64,000 nt of DNA from Longimicrobiales bacterium (GCA_965238005.1 OZ250165.1:3840001-3904000), one strand, 5' to 3'. Positions 10,406 to 20,410 are shown, numbered from the stretch's first letter. Numbers and translations: made by a program. Notes: generated from the letters alone by a model not told the origin.

Positions 10406-10420
10406 TGGCACGACTCTTGA
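10406..10420 (+). promoter_or_regulatory. Candidate sigma-54 (-24/-12) promoter
   Basis: TGGCACG-ACTC-TTGA versus consensus TGGCACG-N4-TTGC, about 60 nt upstream of the STAS gene. Confidence 0.45.
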
Positions 10421-10477
10421 GGGAAACAAAGGTGGGATGGACGCCCACACGGCGCCGCCCACCGAAACGAGGAGGTC

Positions 10478-10792
10478 ATGATGAATGGGCACGACAGCAA
10501 CAGGTGGGGTCGGAAGCTTCCGGCTAATATGCCGGTTGTTGCCACCGCGCCTACGGAGACAGCACCGCTCGAAGCGCACCCGGAACTCGATCTCGTGATC
10601 GACTTCGCAGGGACGCAAGTCTTTGACCTGGCTGGACTTGCGATGCTCCTGACGGCACAACAGATCGCCGACTCGGAGGACCGCCAGGTCTGGCTGATGG
10701 ACCTTCCCGAAGGGGCGTGGAGCCTCCTGAAGGCCCTGGGTCTCGATGACCTGTTCGTATGCGTCCCCCTACTCGGAGACCAGCCGAACTGA
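10478..10792 (+). CDS. STAS-domain (anti-anti-sigma-like) protein
   Basis: LVIDFAGTQVFDLAGLAMLL..LLKALGLDDLF; RBS GAGGAGG upstream. Confidence 0.75.
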   Translation: MMNGHDSNRWGRKLPANMPVVATAPTETAPLEAHPELDLVIDFAGTQVFDLAGLAMLLTAQQIADSEDRQVWLMDLPEGAWSLLKALGLDDLFVCVPLLGDQPN

Positions 10793-10807
10793 GGGCGACG
10801 TTGGGGG

Positions 10808-10848
10808 AAAAAGCCCTTCGCCGAGCACCGGCGAAGGGCTTTTTTTTT
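10808..10848. terminator. Bidirectional intrinsic terminator
   Basis: A5, an 11-bp perfect stem GCCCTTCGCCG/CGGCGAAGGGC, then T9, between convergent genes. Confidence 0.92.
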
Positions 10849-10880
10849 CGCATTTCTGACCTATTTGCCCCCAAAATAGG

Positions 10881-11698
10881 TCAGATTTCTGAGTGTATCT
10901 GCTTCCTCGCCGCTCTTGCCGACGCCAGAATGCGCTCGACTTTCCGCCGCGCCGACTCCGGCGGAGTCACTCCCTCGGATGCGGCCTCTCGGAAGATCAC
11001 GTCCAGAGTTCGCCCGGTCCCTCCGACCCGTGCCTGAAGCTCGGCCGTGTCGGTGATCCCCTGGGAGATCAGTCCGAAGGCCATGGCCCCTCCCGCATTG
11101 ATGATGTAGTCCGGTGCGTAGAGGATCCCGCGATGGAGGAGACGCTGTGCGTCGTCGTCGGTCTCCAGCTGGTTGTTAGCCGAGCCGGCCACGATTCCGC
11201 AGGCGAGCTGGGCGATGGTCCGGGCGTTGAGCGTGGCGCCCACCGCACACGGGGCGTAGACGTCACACTCGATGTCATAGGCGTGGTCCGCCTCGATCCC
11301 TCTCCGCCGACCTCGGCGGCCACCGACGCCCCCCGCTCCCCGTCCAGGTCGGATACGAACACGCGGCCCCCCGCATCGCGAACCATGCGGGCCAACGGGT
11401 AACCCACGTCCCCGACACCCTGGACGTGCACGGACCGGTTGGTGAGGTCGTCACTGTCGTCTCGATGGCGGAGGGCCGCTCGAATTCCGGCAAAGACGCC
11501 CAGGGCGGTGAACGGGCCTGGGTCCGTGTGCCGTCCCCCTTCCCCCGGCATCACCCCCACGACGTTGTCGCTCACGCGGGCGATCACCTGCATGTCGTCC
11601 GGGGTGGTGCCCATGTCCGGCCCCATTCCGTACGAATCATGAAGCGTATTGAGCAGCGCAGCGAATCGCTGGAGCAGTCCCTGCCTGGACCTCGGGGG
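10881..11698 (-). pseudogene. Leu/Phe/Val dehydrogenase remnant, 5'-truncated and frameshifted near 11300
   Basis: GPDMGT, PFTALGV, VQGVGDVG, then in another frame APCAVG, AGSANNQL, APDYIINAGG. The N-terminal catalytic region is absent because the peptidase gene ends at 11719. Confidence 0.85.
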
Positions 11699-11718
11699 TG
11701 GACGGCATCGTCATCCCC

Positions 11719-13269
11719 TCACTCACCGTCAGAGACAATCTGCCGGAAGCTGGCCGGATTCCACTGCGGGCGCTCCGTCCGGTTGGCCACCTCGTAGCCG
11801 AGGAAGAACATGAGCTTCGTGATCCTCGACGCCTTGTCCGTGTCGATGCGATCCACCTCGTCGTCCCGTCCGTGGTAGTCCTCGTGGGTGCCGTTGAAGA
11901 AGAACAGGATCGGCACGCCCTTCTGGGCGAAGCTGAAGTGGTCCGACCGGAAGTAGAACCGCTGGTCGGGCCAGAGGTCGTCGATTGCGGTCATGTCCAG
12001 TTCGGGGTGGGCTTCGTTGACCTGGTTCAGCGTCACCCCGAGGTCGGAGTGCTCCTTCCCGATGACGACGATGGTGTCGGACCAGTTCCGCCCCACCATG
12101 TCGGCGTTGAAGTCGGCTACGATCCGCTCCATGGGCACCGACGGGTTGTTGGCGTAGTACTCGCTGCCCCACAAATCCTTCTCCTCGCCGCTGACCAGGA
12201 GGAAGATCATGGAGCGCTTGGGCTCGGTCGCCATCTCGACGTAGGCCTCGGCCAGCTCGAGGACCGCCGTGGTCCCCGACGCATCGTCGTCTGCGCCGTT
12301 GTTGATGCTGTCCCCCTGGGAGTTGGGCGACCCGATCCCGATGTGGTCCATGTGGGCGCTGAAGACCACGTACTCCTCCTTGAGCTCCGGATCGCTCCCC
12401 TCGAGGATGCCCACCACGTTGGGAGCCGAGCCGCCCTCGAGGACCTCGATCCGGGGAGACACCGTCAGGGTGAGGCCCGGTGCCTCCAGCACGGTCACGG
12501 ACCGCCGATCCCGAGCCGACATGAGGTCGACGCCGTACGCCGCGAGGATGGGCTCGATGACCGCGTCGCGCACCTCGAGGGTCAACCCTCCCGAGCGGCC
12601 GCCGCTGAAGCCCACGCGGACGGAGGTCTGACGCGAAAGCCTCCGGACCCCCTGGTTCCAGGCCCGGCGGGACCGGTCGGTGGCGACGAGCACGGAAATG
12701 GCGCCTTCCCGCCGGACGTTCGACACGAAGCGGAAGCTGCTCCGGTCGAGTCCCGCCGGGCTCGACGCCACGACGACGTGTTTTCCGCTCACGGCGGCCC
12801 CGATCTCCGGCGTCACCCTGCCCAAGCCCCCGAGGACCACCACCTCGCCCTCGAAGTCTCCCTCGGCCGCACCAGAGGGCATGATGAGGTCGCGGCCGAA
12901 TCTGAGCTCCCGGCCCCCGCTCGCCTCGGCGGACGAAGCCACCAGATCGGCCCGGATCGTCTGAATGGCGTAGCGCTGGATGTAGGAGCCGTCATCGCCC
13001 CCCGGACTCAACCCCAGACGCTCGAACTCTCTGGCGATCCACGCGGCCGTCATCTCCAGTCCGGGGCTCGGCGTGTCCCGGCCGCCCATGCTGTCGTGGG
13101 CGATGACTCCGATCTTCCGGAGGTAGTCGGCAGGGGTGATGGACGCGGCGGCACGGAGCGCGTCATCGGTAAGGGGAGCGATGTTGGACTCCTCTGCGTC
13201 CTGGGCGCACGCCGAGCCGGCCCACACGACGATCCCGACGAACAACGCGATTCCCGACTTCATGCTCAT
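11719..13269 (-). CDS. M28 family secreted peptidase
   Basis: Signal peptide; SAHMDH, NGADDDASG, SGEE, NADM, RSDH, DYH. Confidence 0.92.
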   Translation of the reverse strand: MSMKSGIALFVGIVVWAGSACAQDAEESNIAPLTDDALRAAASITPADYLRKIGVIAHDSMGGRDTPSPGLEMTAAWIAREFERLGLSPGGDDGSYIQRYAIQTIRADLVASSAEASGGRELRFGRDLIMPSGAAEGDFEGEVVVLGGLGRVTPEIGAAVSGKHVVVASSPAGLDRSSFRFVSNVRREGAISVLVATDRSRRAWNQGVRRLSRQTSVRVGFSGGRSGGLTLEVRDAVIEPILAAYGVDLMSARDRRSVTVLEAPGLTLTVSPRIEVLEGGSAPNVVGILEGSDPELKEEYVVFSAHMDHIGIGSPNSQGDSINNGADDDASGTTAVLELAEAYVEMATEPKRSMIFLLVSGEEKDLWGSEYYANNPSVPMERIVADFNADMVGRNWSDTIVVIGKEHSDLGVTLNQVNEAHPELDMTAIDDLWPDQRFYFRSDHFSFAQKGVPILFFFNGTHEDYHGRDDEVDRIDTDKASRITKLMFFLGYEVANRTERPQWNPASFRQIVSDGE

Positions 13270-13420
13270 CTATCCCGTCAGCAGTTCAAAAGGAGCTCGA
13301 AATAGTTCATCGGCGTGCCCGCGGCCCTCCTGCTGGTGGCACTAATGGCCATTACGTCCCGGTATTCCGCGCCACGCGCCTGGATCCTATGAGGGCCACG
13401 CGGAACAAGTAGGGGCCCGA

Positions 13421-14689
13421 TCAGCGCCCGGCCACGGCCGCGTCCAGCAGCTCGGAGAGCTCGGCCTCGCTGAGAGGTCCGCGGAGTATTGCGACCCCAC
13501 CCTGGACGGCGCGAACGACCTGACTCCACCCTTCCGGGATGGACTCCCCGAGGAGGCCCTGGGCCTCTTCGAGGGCGTCACGCTCGGCCGCCTCACGGTC
13601 CGACGGGACTCCCTTCGAGGCCTTTCGCGCCAACGCTGCGCCGTCCACCGCGCCTCCCTGTGCCACTGCCACGAAACGAAGCTCCAGCGTACGCCCGTCC
13701 GGGAGCTCCTGCATGACGATCACCGAGGGCTCGAGCCCTTCCGTGACGGCCGAGAGCCGAACGTCACGGACCGGAAGCCCGGGGATGACGAAGGAGCTCG
13801 TCCGCGCAGTGACCGACATCTCATCGAGCGCCACCGCGTTGGCCTGGTCGGCGAACAGGTCGGCGGGATCGGCCTTGGAGAGCGCTTCAGCGGGGGCGGT
13901 GGGAGCCACCTCTCTCACCACTGCGCCGGCAGCCCGGTTCTCGGCGGCCCCCGCCACACCGGTGGTTTCGATGGCCTCGAGCCTTCTCCGTGCCTGCGCC
14001 GGTCCGGCCTGGCGCTCCGGCTCACGCTGCTGATCCAGCCGCAGCTCGCCACCGAGGGCCCGTCCCCTCCCGGGCTGAGCCGCTTCGGCGGGTGCCATCG
14101 GTGCCGCGGCCGGGGCATCGAAGTCCCTGGACTCCACGGGTGCCTCGGGCTGAATCGCGAAGTTGCTGCTGGCGTCCTGCTTATCCACGGACTCGTCTTC
14201 CGCCGTCTCGTTCAGTCTGATCAAAGAGGCCGTCACGTCGAGCTCATCCGCCTCCTGGGCGACATCCTCGTCGGTGCGTGACGCGACGGCGTCCTGTGCC
14301 CGCACGGCATCGAGGGTGGGCCCCCTCGCCAGGTCTCGAGCCGGAATCGTGAGATCGCGGGCCAGCCATCCGGCGCCGAGGGACACGACCACGGTGGCCG
14401 CCATACGGAGCAGGCGGAACCTGGACGCTCCGCCGGCAGGACGGGACGGCTCAGCCTCCCCCGCCCGGGCCACAAGCTCCTCGAAGGGAGCCAGGTCCAC
14501 AGGAGCTTGCGCCGTCGCGGCCAGAATCTCCGATGCCTCCTGGCGGAGGTGCCGCTCTTCGGCCAGCGATCGGGCGCACTCCCCGCACTCTTCCAGGTGC
14601 CGTCGAATGCGATTGGCCTCCTCCTCGGGGTAGGCGCTCAGGGCACCGTCGAGGTAGGCGTGGATGTCTCCCTCATTTACGTGCGGCAT
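13421..14689 (-). CDS. Zinc-binding (zf-HC2) transmembrane anti-sigma factor
   Basis: AYLDG..HLEECGEC (HxxxCxxC), one TM helix; overlaps the ECF sigma gene. Confidence 0.85.
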   Translation of the reverse strand: MPHVNEGDIHAYLDGALSAYPEEEANRIRRHLEECGECARSLAEERHLRQEASEILAATAQAPVDLAPFEELVARAGEAEPSRPAGGASRFRLLRMAATVVVSLGAGWLARDLTIPARDLARGPTLDAVRAQDAVASRTDEDVAQEADELDVTASLIRLNETAEDESVDKQDASSNFAIQPEAPVESRDFDAPAAAPMAPAEAAQPGRGRALGGELRLDQQREPERQAGPAQARRRLEAIETTGVAGAAENRAAGAVVREVAPTAPAEALSKADPADLFADQANAVALDEMSVTARTSSFVIPGLPVRDVRLSAVTEGLEPSVIVMQELPDGRTLELRFVAVAQGGAVDGAALARKASKGVPSDREAAERDALEEAQGLLGESIPEGWSQVVRAVQGGVAILRGPLSEAELSELLDAAVAGR

Positions 14690-15179
14690 CAGATTGCTCC
14701 AGCTCTCGATGCGCCTTCACGAGGCGCTGGCGCGCACGGGCGAGCGTGGTTCCCACCGCGCCCACCGCCAGGTCCAGCGCCTCTGCGATCTCTTCATAGT
14801 TCTGCCCGGCATCCCAAAGGAGAAGAGCCTCCCGGTCTCGCTCGCCCAGCGACTCCAGGGCCCTCCGCACCTCCGCCTCCCGCTCCCCCCGCTCCAGCTC
14901 GGCCTGCGGATCGGGGGCCGGTCCCCGTGCCTCCGCCTCGGACTTGAGCAGAGTCAGGTGCCGCTTGCGACGGATGGCCGAGCGCGCCTCGTCTCGCGCC
15001 AGATTGGCCGCCACCGTGAACAGCCAGGCCCGGGGCTTGTCCGGTTGCTCCCGTAGAGCCCGGACGAACGTCTCCTGTGCCAGATCCCTGGCCCGCTCCA
15101 GATCCCACACCTTGCGGTGCAGGAAGCGAACCAGATCCGGCAGCGTCGTCCGGTAGAGCTCTGCCCAATCAGCGCCCAC
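14673..15179 (-). CDS. ECF sigma-70 factor
   Basis: DLAQETF, AWLFTVAANLARD, and region 4 EEIAEAL..VGTTLARAR. Confidence 0.92.
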   Translation of the reverse strand: MGADWAELYRTTLPDLVRFLHRKVWDLERARDLAQETFVRALREQPDKPRAWLFTVAANLARDEARSAIRRKRHLTLLKSEAEARGPAPDPQAELERGEREAEVRRALESLGERDREALLLWDAGQNYEEIAEALDLAVGAVGTTLARARQRLVKAHRELEQSDAARK

Positions 15180-15347
15180 GGCATCCTCGTTCGATCACGA
15201 GCGGAGACGAAATCCCCTGGTCGGGGCTCCGAGGCTTTGCTCAGGTACCCCACGGACGGCCCCGGGGAGCCGTCCTACGTACCTGATGACGAACGAGGCG
15301 GGAAGACTTGCACACGTGGGGCGTGTAAAAGTCCGGCCGGACCCTAG

Positions 15348-16949
15348 GAGTCTGCGCCGCAGAACCCTGCGGCGGCTATCTTTGGTGGTAGCGAAGGCAT
15401 TGGGAAGGCTTGCGGATCACCGAGGGGGGTGAATGGGAACGACATTTCGACCGTACGATCCGGAGCAGATGTTGTTGCTGCCTCCGGATCTTCGGGAGTG
15501 GGTGTCGGAGGGTCATTTGGCGCACCATGTGAGCGACCTGGTGGACGCGGTGGAGCTGAGCGCGTTCTACGGGCGGTACCGGGGGGACGGGCGGCGCAAC
15601 TCGCCGTACGACCCTCGGATGATGGTCAAGGTGCTGATCTACGCGTATGCGACGGGCACCTTCTCGTCGCGGAAGATGGCGAGGAAGCTGGAGGAGGATG
15701 TCGCGTTTCGGATGCTGGCGGCGGAGAACTTCCCGAAGCACCGGACGCTGTGCGAGTTCCGCAAGCGCCATCTCGGGGATTTCCGGGCGGTGTTTGTGGA
15801 GGTGGTGATGCTCGCGCGGGCCTTGGGGCTGGCGGGGCTTGGCAGGGTGTCGGTGGACGGGACGAAGGTTCGGGCGAACGCGAACAAGCGCAAGGCGATG
15901 AGCTACGGCCGGATGGTGACCGGGGAGCCTCGGCTGGAGGCGGAGATCCGGGGGCTGTTGGAGAGGGCCGAGGCGGTGGACGAAGCGGAAGACGAGCGCT
16001 ACGGCGAGGAAGCATGCGGAGACGAGGTGCCGGAGGAGCTCAAGCGGCGCGAGGACCGGCTGGCGGCGATCCGGGAGGCGAAGGCGCGCCTGGAAGCCGA
16101 GCAGAGAGCGGCGGACGACGCACGGGGCCGCAAGCCGGGGCAGACGCGCAACCCGAAGGGCGGCAGGCCCTACAAGCGGGAGTACGGAGAGCCGGACGAG
16201 GCGGCGCAGAGCAACTTCACGGACCCTGAGAGCCGGATCATGAAGACGAGTTCGGAGGGGTTCCAGCAGTGCTACAACGCACAGACGGTCGTGGAGGGGG
16301 AGAACCAGCTGGTGGTCGGGGCCGAGGTGACGGACAACGCGAGCGACCAGGGCCAGCTGGTGCCCATGGTCGACGCGGTGGCGCAAGCGTACGGCGAGAC
16401 GCCGGCGCAGGTGCTGGCGGACACGGGCTATTGCAACGAGCGGGATCTCGAGGAACTGGAAGAGCGAGACATCGACGGGTATGTGGCGCTGGCCCGGGAG
16501 GGCAAGGCCGCCCCCACGGTTGACAAGGAGGAATATCCGGCGAAAGTCCGCATGGCGGAGAAGCTGGCGAGCGAAGATGGCCGCAGACGCTACGCACGGC
16601 GAAAGTCGCAGGCCGAGGCGCCCATCGGCTGGATCAAGGAAGTGATGGGCTTTCGACGATTCAGCTTCCGGGGCCTCGAGAAGGTCCGGGCCGAGTGGAC
16701 CCTCGTGTGCCTGGCACTCAATGTGAAGCGGCTGCACACCCTTCAGGCGGCATGACTGCACGAGGGTTCACCCGCATCTGCCGGCGCGAGGGCTCTCGTA
16801 GCTCTCTTGCCCCCCCCAACGCATCCATTCCGCTCTCCCGATCCGTCGCAGACACAAGTCCTCAACCTCCCAATCACCCGGATCCGCCTCGCCGCGGACG
16901 GCTCGATGACCATTCGGCTCAGTCAGCTGTGCTTCTGCGGCGCAGACTC
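15348..16949 (+). mobile_element. IS1182-family insertion sequence
   Basis: Perfect 17-bp inverted repeats GAGTCTGCGCCGCAGAA, with CTAG on both flanks (15344-15347 and 16950-16953). Confidence 0.92.
15433..16755 (+). CDS. IS1182 transposase
   Basis: YDPRMMVKVLIYAY..SSRK, VDGTKVRANA, TDPESRIMK, LADTGY, GFRRFSFRGL. Confidence 0.93.
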   Translation: MGTTFRPYDPEQMLLLPPDLREWVSEGHLAHHVSDLVDAVELSAFYGRYRGDGRRNSPYDPRMMVKVLIYAYATGTFSSRKMARKLEEDVAFRMLAAENFPKHRTLCEFRKRHLGDFRAVFVEVVMLARALGLAGLGRVSVDGTKVRANANKRKAMSYGRMVTGEPRLEAEIRGLLERAEAVDEAEDERYGEEACGDEVPEELKRREDRLAAIREAKARLEAEQRAADDARGRKPGQTRNPKGGRPYKREYGEPDEAAQSNFTDPESRIMKTSSEGFQQCYNAQTVVEGENQLVVGAEVTDNASDQGQLVPMVDAVAQAYGETPAQVLADTGYCNERDLEELEERDIDGYVALAREGKAAPTVDKEEYPAKVRMAEKLASEDGRRRYARRKSQAEAPIGWIKEVMGFRRFSFRGLEKVRAEWTLVCLALNVKRLHTLQAA

Positions 16950-17084
16950 CTAGTCCGCCCTCAAGGCGCTCACGGGATCGATGCGGGTGGCCCGGCGGGC
17001 GGGGACGTAGCTCGCCAGGAGGGCGACCACGACCAGGAGACCCGAGACCGTCCCCAGCGTCACCGGATCGCCCTCGCTGACGCC
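16950..17084 (-). pseudogene. C-terminal 44 aa of an ADOP/MacB-FtsX-type ABC permease
   Basis: Manual translation GVSEGDPVTLGTVSGLLVVVALLASYVPARRATRIDPVSALRAD*; its stop codon is the CTAG hit by IS1182. Confidence 0.85.
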
Positions 17085-17085
17085 G

Positions 17086-17281
17086 CCGGCGTCGCCCTTT
17101 CAGGCGTAAGGCGAGACCTCCCAGGGTAAGGCGCGTGACCTTCGCTCCATCTACTCGCCGCATTTACGTCCGCTCGGTCCGGGTGGCTATCGGGCTTCAG
17201 GTCTCATTGCCCCCTCGCCCACCTCGCGGCCACCTCCGATGCGGTTCGTGTTCCTCGGGCCAGAGCTTTGCCTTCGGCTTC
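17086..17281 (-). mobile_element. Group II intron fragment (class C-like, 5' domain I region; no RT ORF, no domain V/VI)
   Basis: Minus strand reads GAAGCCGAAGGCAAAGCTCTGGCCCGAGGAACACGAACC...GTAAATGCGGCGAGTAGATGGAGCGAAGGTCACGCGCCTTACCCTGGGAGGTCTC, matching my recollection of IIC intron 5' regions. Confidence 0.75.
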
Positions 17282-17283
17282 TA

Positions 17284-18042
17284 TCACTGAACGTCGAAGC
17301 CGCTCTCCTCGAGCTCATGCGCATGCTCGGCCCGCTTCGCGTCCTCCTCGTCGACGACCTGGCCGTCGAAGAGGTGCACCGAGCGCTGCGCCACCGTGGC
17401 GTAACGCGGATCGTGCGTCACCATGCAGATCGTGGCCCCTTCGTCGTGGAGCTCACGCATCAGGTCCATGACCGCGTTGCCGTTCTTCGAGTCGAGGTTA
17501 CCGGTCGGCTCGTCCGCCAGCAGGATGAGGGGCTTGCCCACGATGGCCCGGGCCACGGCCACCCGCTGCTGCTGACCGCCCGAAAGCTGGCTGGGATAGT
17601 GGTTCGTCCGGTGGGCCATCCCCACCCGCTCCAACGACGCATGGACGCGCTCCTTGCGCTCGCTGCCGGCCATGCCGCGATAGGTGAGCGGGAGCTCGAC
17701 GTTCTCGTAGGCCGTCAGGTCGCCGATCAGGTTGAACGCCTGGAAGATGAACCCGATAGCCTGGTTGCGGATCTTGGCCCGCTGTGAAGCCGTGAGGTTC
17801 GCCGCCGGCTCGCCGTCGAGATGGTACTCACCGCCCGTGGGCGAATCCAGGAGCCCGAGGATCGACAGCAATGTGGTCTTCCCGCAGCCCGAAGGGCCCG
17901 CGATGGAGACGAACTCGCCCGCCGCGATGTTCAGATGAATGTCCGACAGAGCGTGGGTCTCCACCTCTTCCGTGTAGAACACCTTGCTCAGGCCGTTCAG
18001 GTGGATGAGGGGCGTGTCCTGTGTCGAATCGCTGGTTTCCAT
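17284..18042 (-). CDS. ABC transporter ATP-binding protein (MacB/LolD-like)
   Basis: GPSGCGKTT, LSGGQQQRVA, LLADEPTGNLD, VTHD. Confidence 0.95.
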   Translation of the reverse strand: METSDSTQDTPLIHLNGLSKVFYTEEVETHALSDIHLNIAAGEFVSIAGPSGCGKTTLLSILGLLDSPTGGEYHLDGEPAANLTASQRAKIRNQAIGFIFQAFNLIGDLTAYENVELPLTYRGMAGSERKERVHASLERVGMAHRTNHYPSQLSGGQQQRVAVARAIVGKPLILLADEPTGNLDSKNGNAVMDLMRELHDEGATICMVTHDPRYATVAQRSVHLFDGQVVDEEDAKRAEHAHELEESGFDVQ

Positions 18043-18090
18043 CCCTACTGCTTCTTCTCTGTGAACCGACTCGGGGGAGTCCCCCCCATG

Positions 18091-18136
18091 GTCATGACTC
18101 GGGTCACAAAATAGTCATGAACAGGGTCATAACTAT
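18091..18136. promoter_or_regulatory. Tandem palindromic operator-like sites
   Basis: CATGA-ctcggg-TCACA and ATAGTCATGA-acaggg-TCATAACTAT, 23 bp apart, upstream of the ABC ATPase gene. Confidence 0.5.
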
Positions 18137-18191
18137 AGACGAGATTTCACCGCCGGAAGTTGCATCCTTCGAAAAATCAGCGGACCAGGCC

Positions 18192-18260
18192 CGGTAAACG
18201 CCCTCGAACGCGTCGGGGTCGCCCGCCTGAGCCCGGCGGACCATGCGGTCCACCAGGTTC
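18192..18260 (-). pseudogene. N-terminal remnant of an ECF sigma factor
   Basis: LVDRMVRRAQAGDPDAFEGVYR resembles ECF N-termini; the similarity stops abruptly. Confidence 0.55.
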
Positions 18261-18267
18261 TCGAATA

Positions 18268-18576
18268 TCAGCGGTCGGAGAGCCGGTACACGAAACGCAA
18301 GCTCGACCGGTCCTCGTCGACGCCGCACACCTTGTTGTCGACGAGTCCGGCCTCCAATCCCACGACCCGAACGTGGCTCCCGCGCAGGTCGGTCACGAAC
18401 AGGACGGCCACGTCGAGCGGGACGTCAGTGGCAGGTTCCGCCTCCACCCGGACGTCGTCGGGCAGTGTCGCCAGAAGGTCGGGAAAATGGGACGGGGCAT
18501 TGAAGGTGCCCACCCGGTGCCCCGCTTTGATCCCGAGCTTCCTGGCCAGTGGTGTTCCGGAGTATCCGACGCTCAC
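18268..18576 (-). pseudogene. DUF3052 protein with an internal in-frame deletion
   Basis: GYSGTPLARKLGIK and GLVDNKVC are present, but the central W-x-x-WPK segment expected between VLFVT and TDL is missing. Confidence 0.65.
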
Positions 18577-18704
18577 GAGCGGCACGCATGTGTGGTCATG
18601 CGTCCATCGTACCGATGAGGTTGTCGCCGGTCCACTGTGCACATCGCACCTTCGCCTCCATACTAGAGGCCCGCCGCTGTACTCCTTCAACAGGCCTCTG
18701 ATGG

Positions 18705-19502
18705 ATGGAGTTACTCACCAGCCCTGAAGCGTGGGTCGCCCTGGCCACGCTCACGGTCCTCGAGATCGTTCTCGGGATCGACAACATCATCTTTATTTCC
18801 GTTCTCGCGGATCGACTCCCGCGCGAGCAGCGCCGGAAGGCTCGCCAGCTGGGCTTGGGCCTGGCGATGGCGACGCGGATCCTGCTGCTGCTATCCATCA
18901 CCTGGGTCATGCGGCTCACCGCGCCGCTCTTCACGCTGGTCCAGCACGCCGTGTCGGGGAGGGACTTGATCCTCATCGTGGGGGGCCTCTTCCTGCTCAC
19001 CAAGTCCACCCGTGAGATCCACGACAAGATGGAGGGGGAGGGAAGCGACGGGCACACCACCGGCGCCAAAGTGGCGACCTTCAAGGGAGTGCTGATTCAG
19101 ATCGCTATCCTGGACATGGTGTTCTCGCTGGACTCGGTGATCACTGCTGTGGGCATGGCAGACGACCTGGCGGTCATGGTCGTGGCGATCGTCCTGGCCG
19201 TAGGGGTCATGATGATATCGGCTGGACCCGTGGGAGACTTCGTCTCGGATCATCCCACGGTGAAGATGCTCGCCCTGAGCTTCCTCCTCCTCATCGGGAC
19301 CAGCCTGGTGGCCGACGGGGCGGGCTTCCACATCCCGAAGGGCTACATCTACTTCGCTATGGGCTTCTCGGTTTTCGTGGAGTTCCTGAATCTCCGTGTG
19401 CGCCCGGCGAGTGCGGAGGGCCAGCGGGCGGGAGACGGACACGGGGAAGCGCCCCATCCCCCCGACGTGCAAGGGGCGACGGCCAGCGGCGGAGAGGGCT
19501 AG
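18705..19502 (+). CDS. TerC family membrane protein
   Basis: LEIVLGIDNIIFIS, DMVFSLDSVITAVG, IPKGYIYFAMGFS. Confidence 0.93.
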   Translation: MELLTSPEAWVALATLTVLEIVLGIDNIIFISVLADRLPREQRRKARQLGLGLAMATRILLLLSITWVMRLTAPLFTLVQHAVSGRDLILIVGGLFLLTKSTREIHDKMEGEGSDGHTTGAKVATFKGVLIQIAILDMVFSLDSVITAVGMADDLAVMVVAIVLAVGVMMISAGPVGDFVSDHPTVKMLALSFLLLIGTSLVADGAGFHIPKGYIYFAMGFSVFVEFLNLRVRPASAEGQRAGDGHGEAPHPPDVQGATASGGEG

Positions 19503-20074
19503 TTGCTTACGCCCGCTTCACCCTCGGCGGACACGTTGAAACGGACCCACATGCCGGTGACGGCATGTCCGGGGATGTAGCACACCATGGCGTACTCCCC
19601 GGCGACGTCGGCCGTGAAGGTGAAGGACTCGCTCTCCCCCGGCATCGTCGCCTCCTGCATGGACGTGGGCGTGCTGCTGACGGCTCCGCTGAACGCCGGT
19701 CGAGGATCGGTGAACATGGCGGGGAAGTCGCCCACCTGCGCATCGATCCCGACGCTGTGCGCCATGGCGGGGTCGTCGTTGGTGAGCTCCACGGTGACCG
19801 CGTAGCCCACGGGCACGGTGATCGTCCTCTCACCCCCCGCCATGCCGTTGAACTTCCACCCGCCATCCATCTGGGCGGCCATGTGCAGATCGACGGTCCT
19901 GGCGTCGTTGTCGATGTGGTACCAGTCGGGCACCCCGCTTTCGGTGGCGGCGGCTGCCGGAGCCTCGGCCGGCTCCGAGGCGGCGGGCGCGGAGTCGGGG
20001 GAGTCGGAGCCGCCACAGGCCACGAGCCCGGCGGAGATGAGGGCGGTCAGGCCCAGCTTCGAGGAGCGCTTCAC
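19499..20074 (-). CDS. Sulfocyanin-like blue copper lipoprotein
   Basis: Lipobox LVAC; AHS and the C-terminal CYIPGHAVTGM type-1 copper ligands. Confidence 0.85.
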   Translation of the reverse strand: MKRSSKLGLTALISAGLVACGGSDSPDSAPAASEPAEAPAAAATESGVPDWYHIDNDARTVDLHMAAQMDGGWKFNGMAGGERTITVPVGYAVTVELTNDDPAMAHSVGIDAQVGDFPAMFTDPRPAFSGAVSSTPTSMQEATMPGESESFTFTADVAGEYAMVCYIPGHAVTGMWVRFNVSAEGEAGVSN

Positions 20075-20281
20075 GATCCGTATCCTGTCTCGACGGTGGA
20101 CGGGCGGCGGGGGGGGCCACCGGCCCTCGGCACGGGGACACCCAAAAGTATCCAAGCCGCAGTACGGAAGTAAGACGCCACAACTAGAGGCCGGGGGTTC
20201 CCGGGGCCGAAACGGCCCCACAACAGAAAAAGGACGCCGCCTCGAAAGGCAGCGCCCCCAGAAAGGCTGGAGAACTCGGCT

Positions 20282-20410
20282 CTAGTGTTCCGTTTCCGAA
20301 GTTCGCGAGCCACCAAGAGGGCCGGGGCGCCGTGGGATTAAGGCGGGACGACGCGGCGTAGCGCAAGCGGGCACCGCGCGAAGCGTGGTTGCAAGGAGTC
20401 CCACGGCCGG
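20282..20410. repeat. Degenerate MITE or IS-end remnant
   Basis: CTAGTGTTCCGTTTCCGAAGT resembles the IS630 ends in this window, followed by inverted repeat GCCGTGGGA/TCCCACGGC. Confidence 0.4.

Noticed and set aside
15288..15313. Autoregulatory ECF promoter (minus strand GTGCAA-N16-CGTC)
   Set aside because: Match too weak to support without the cognate consensus.
17086..17281. Riboswitch, retron or DGR RNA
   Set aside because: Resembles a group II intron 5' region instead; no reverse transcriptase or template/variable repeat pair in the window.
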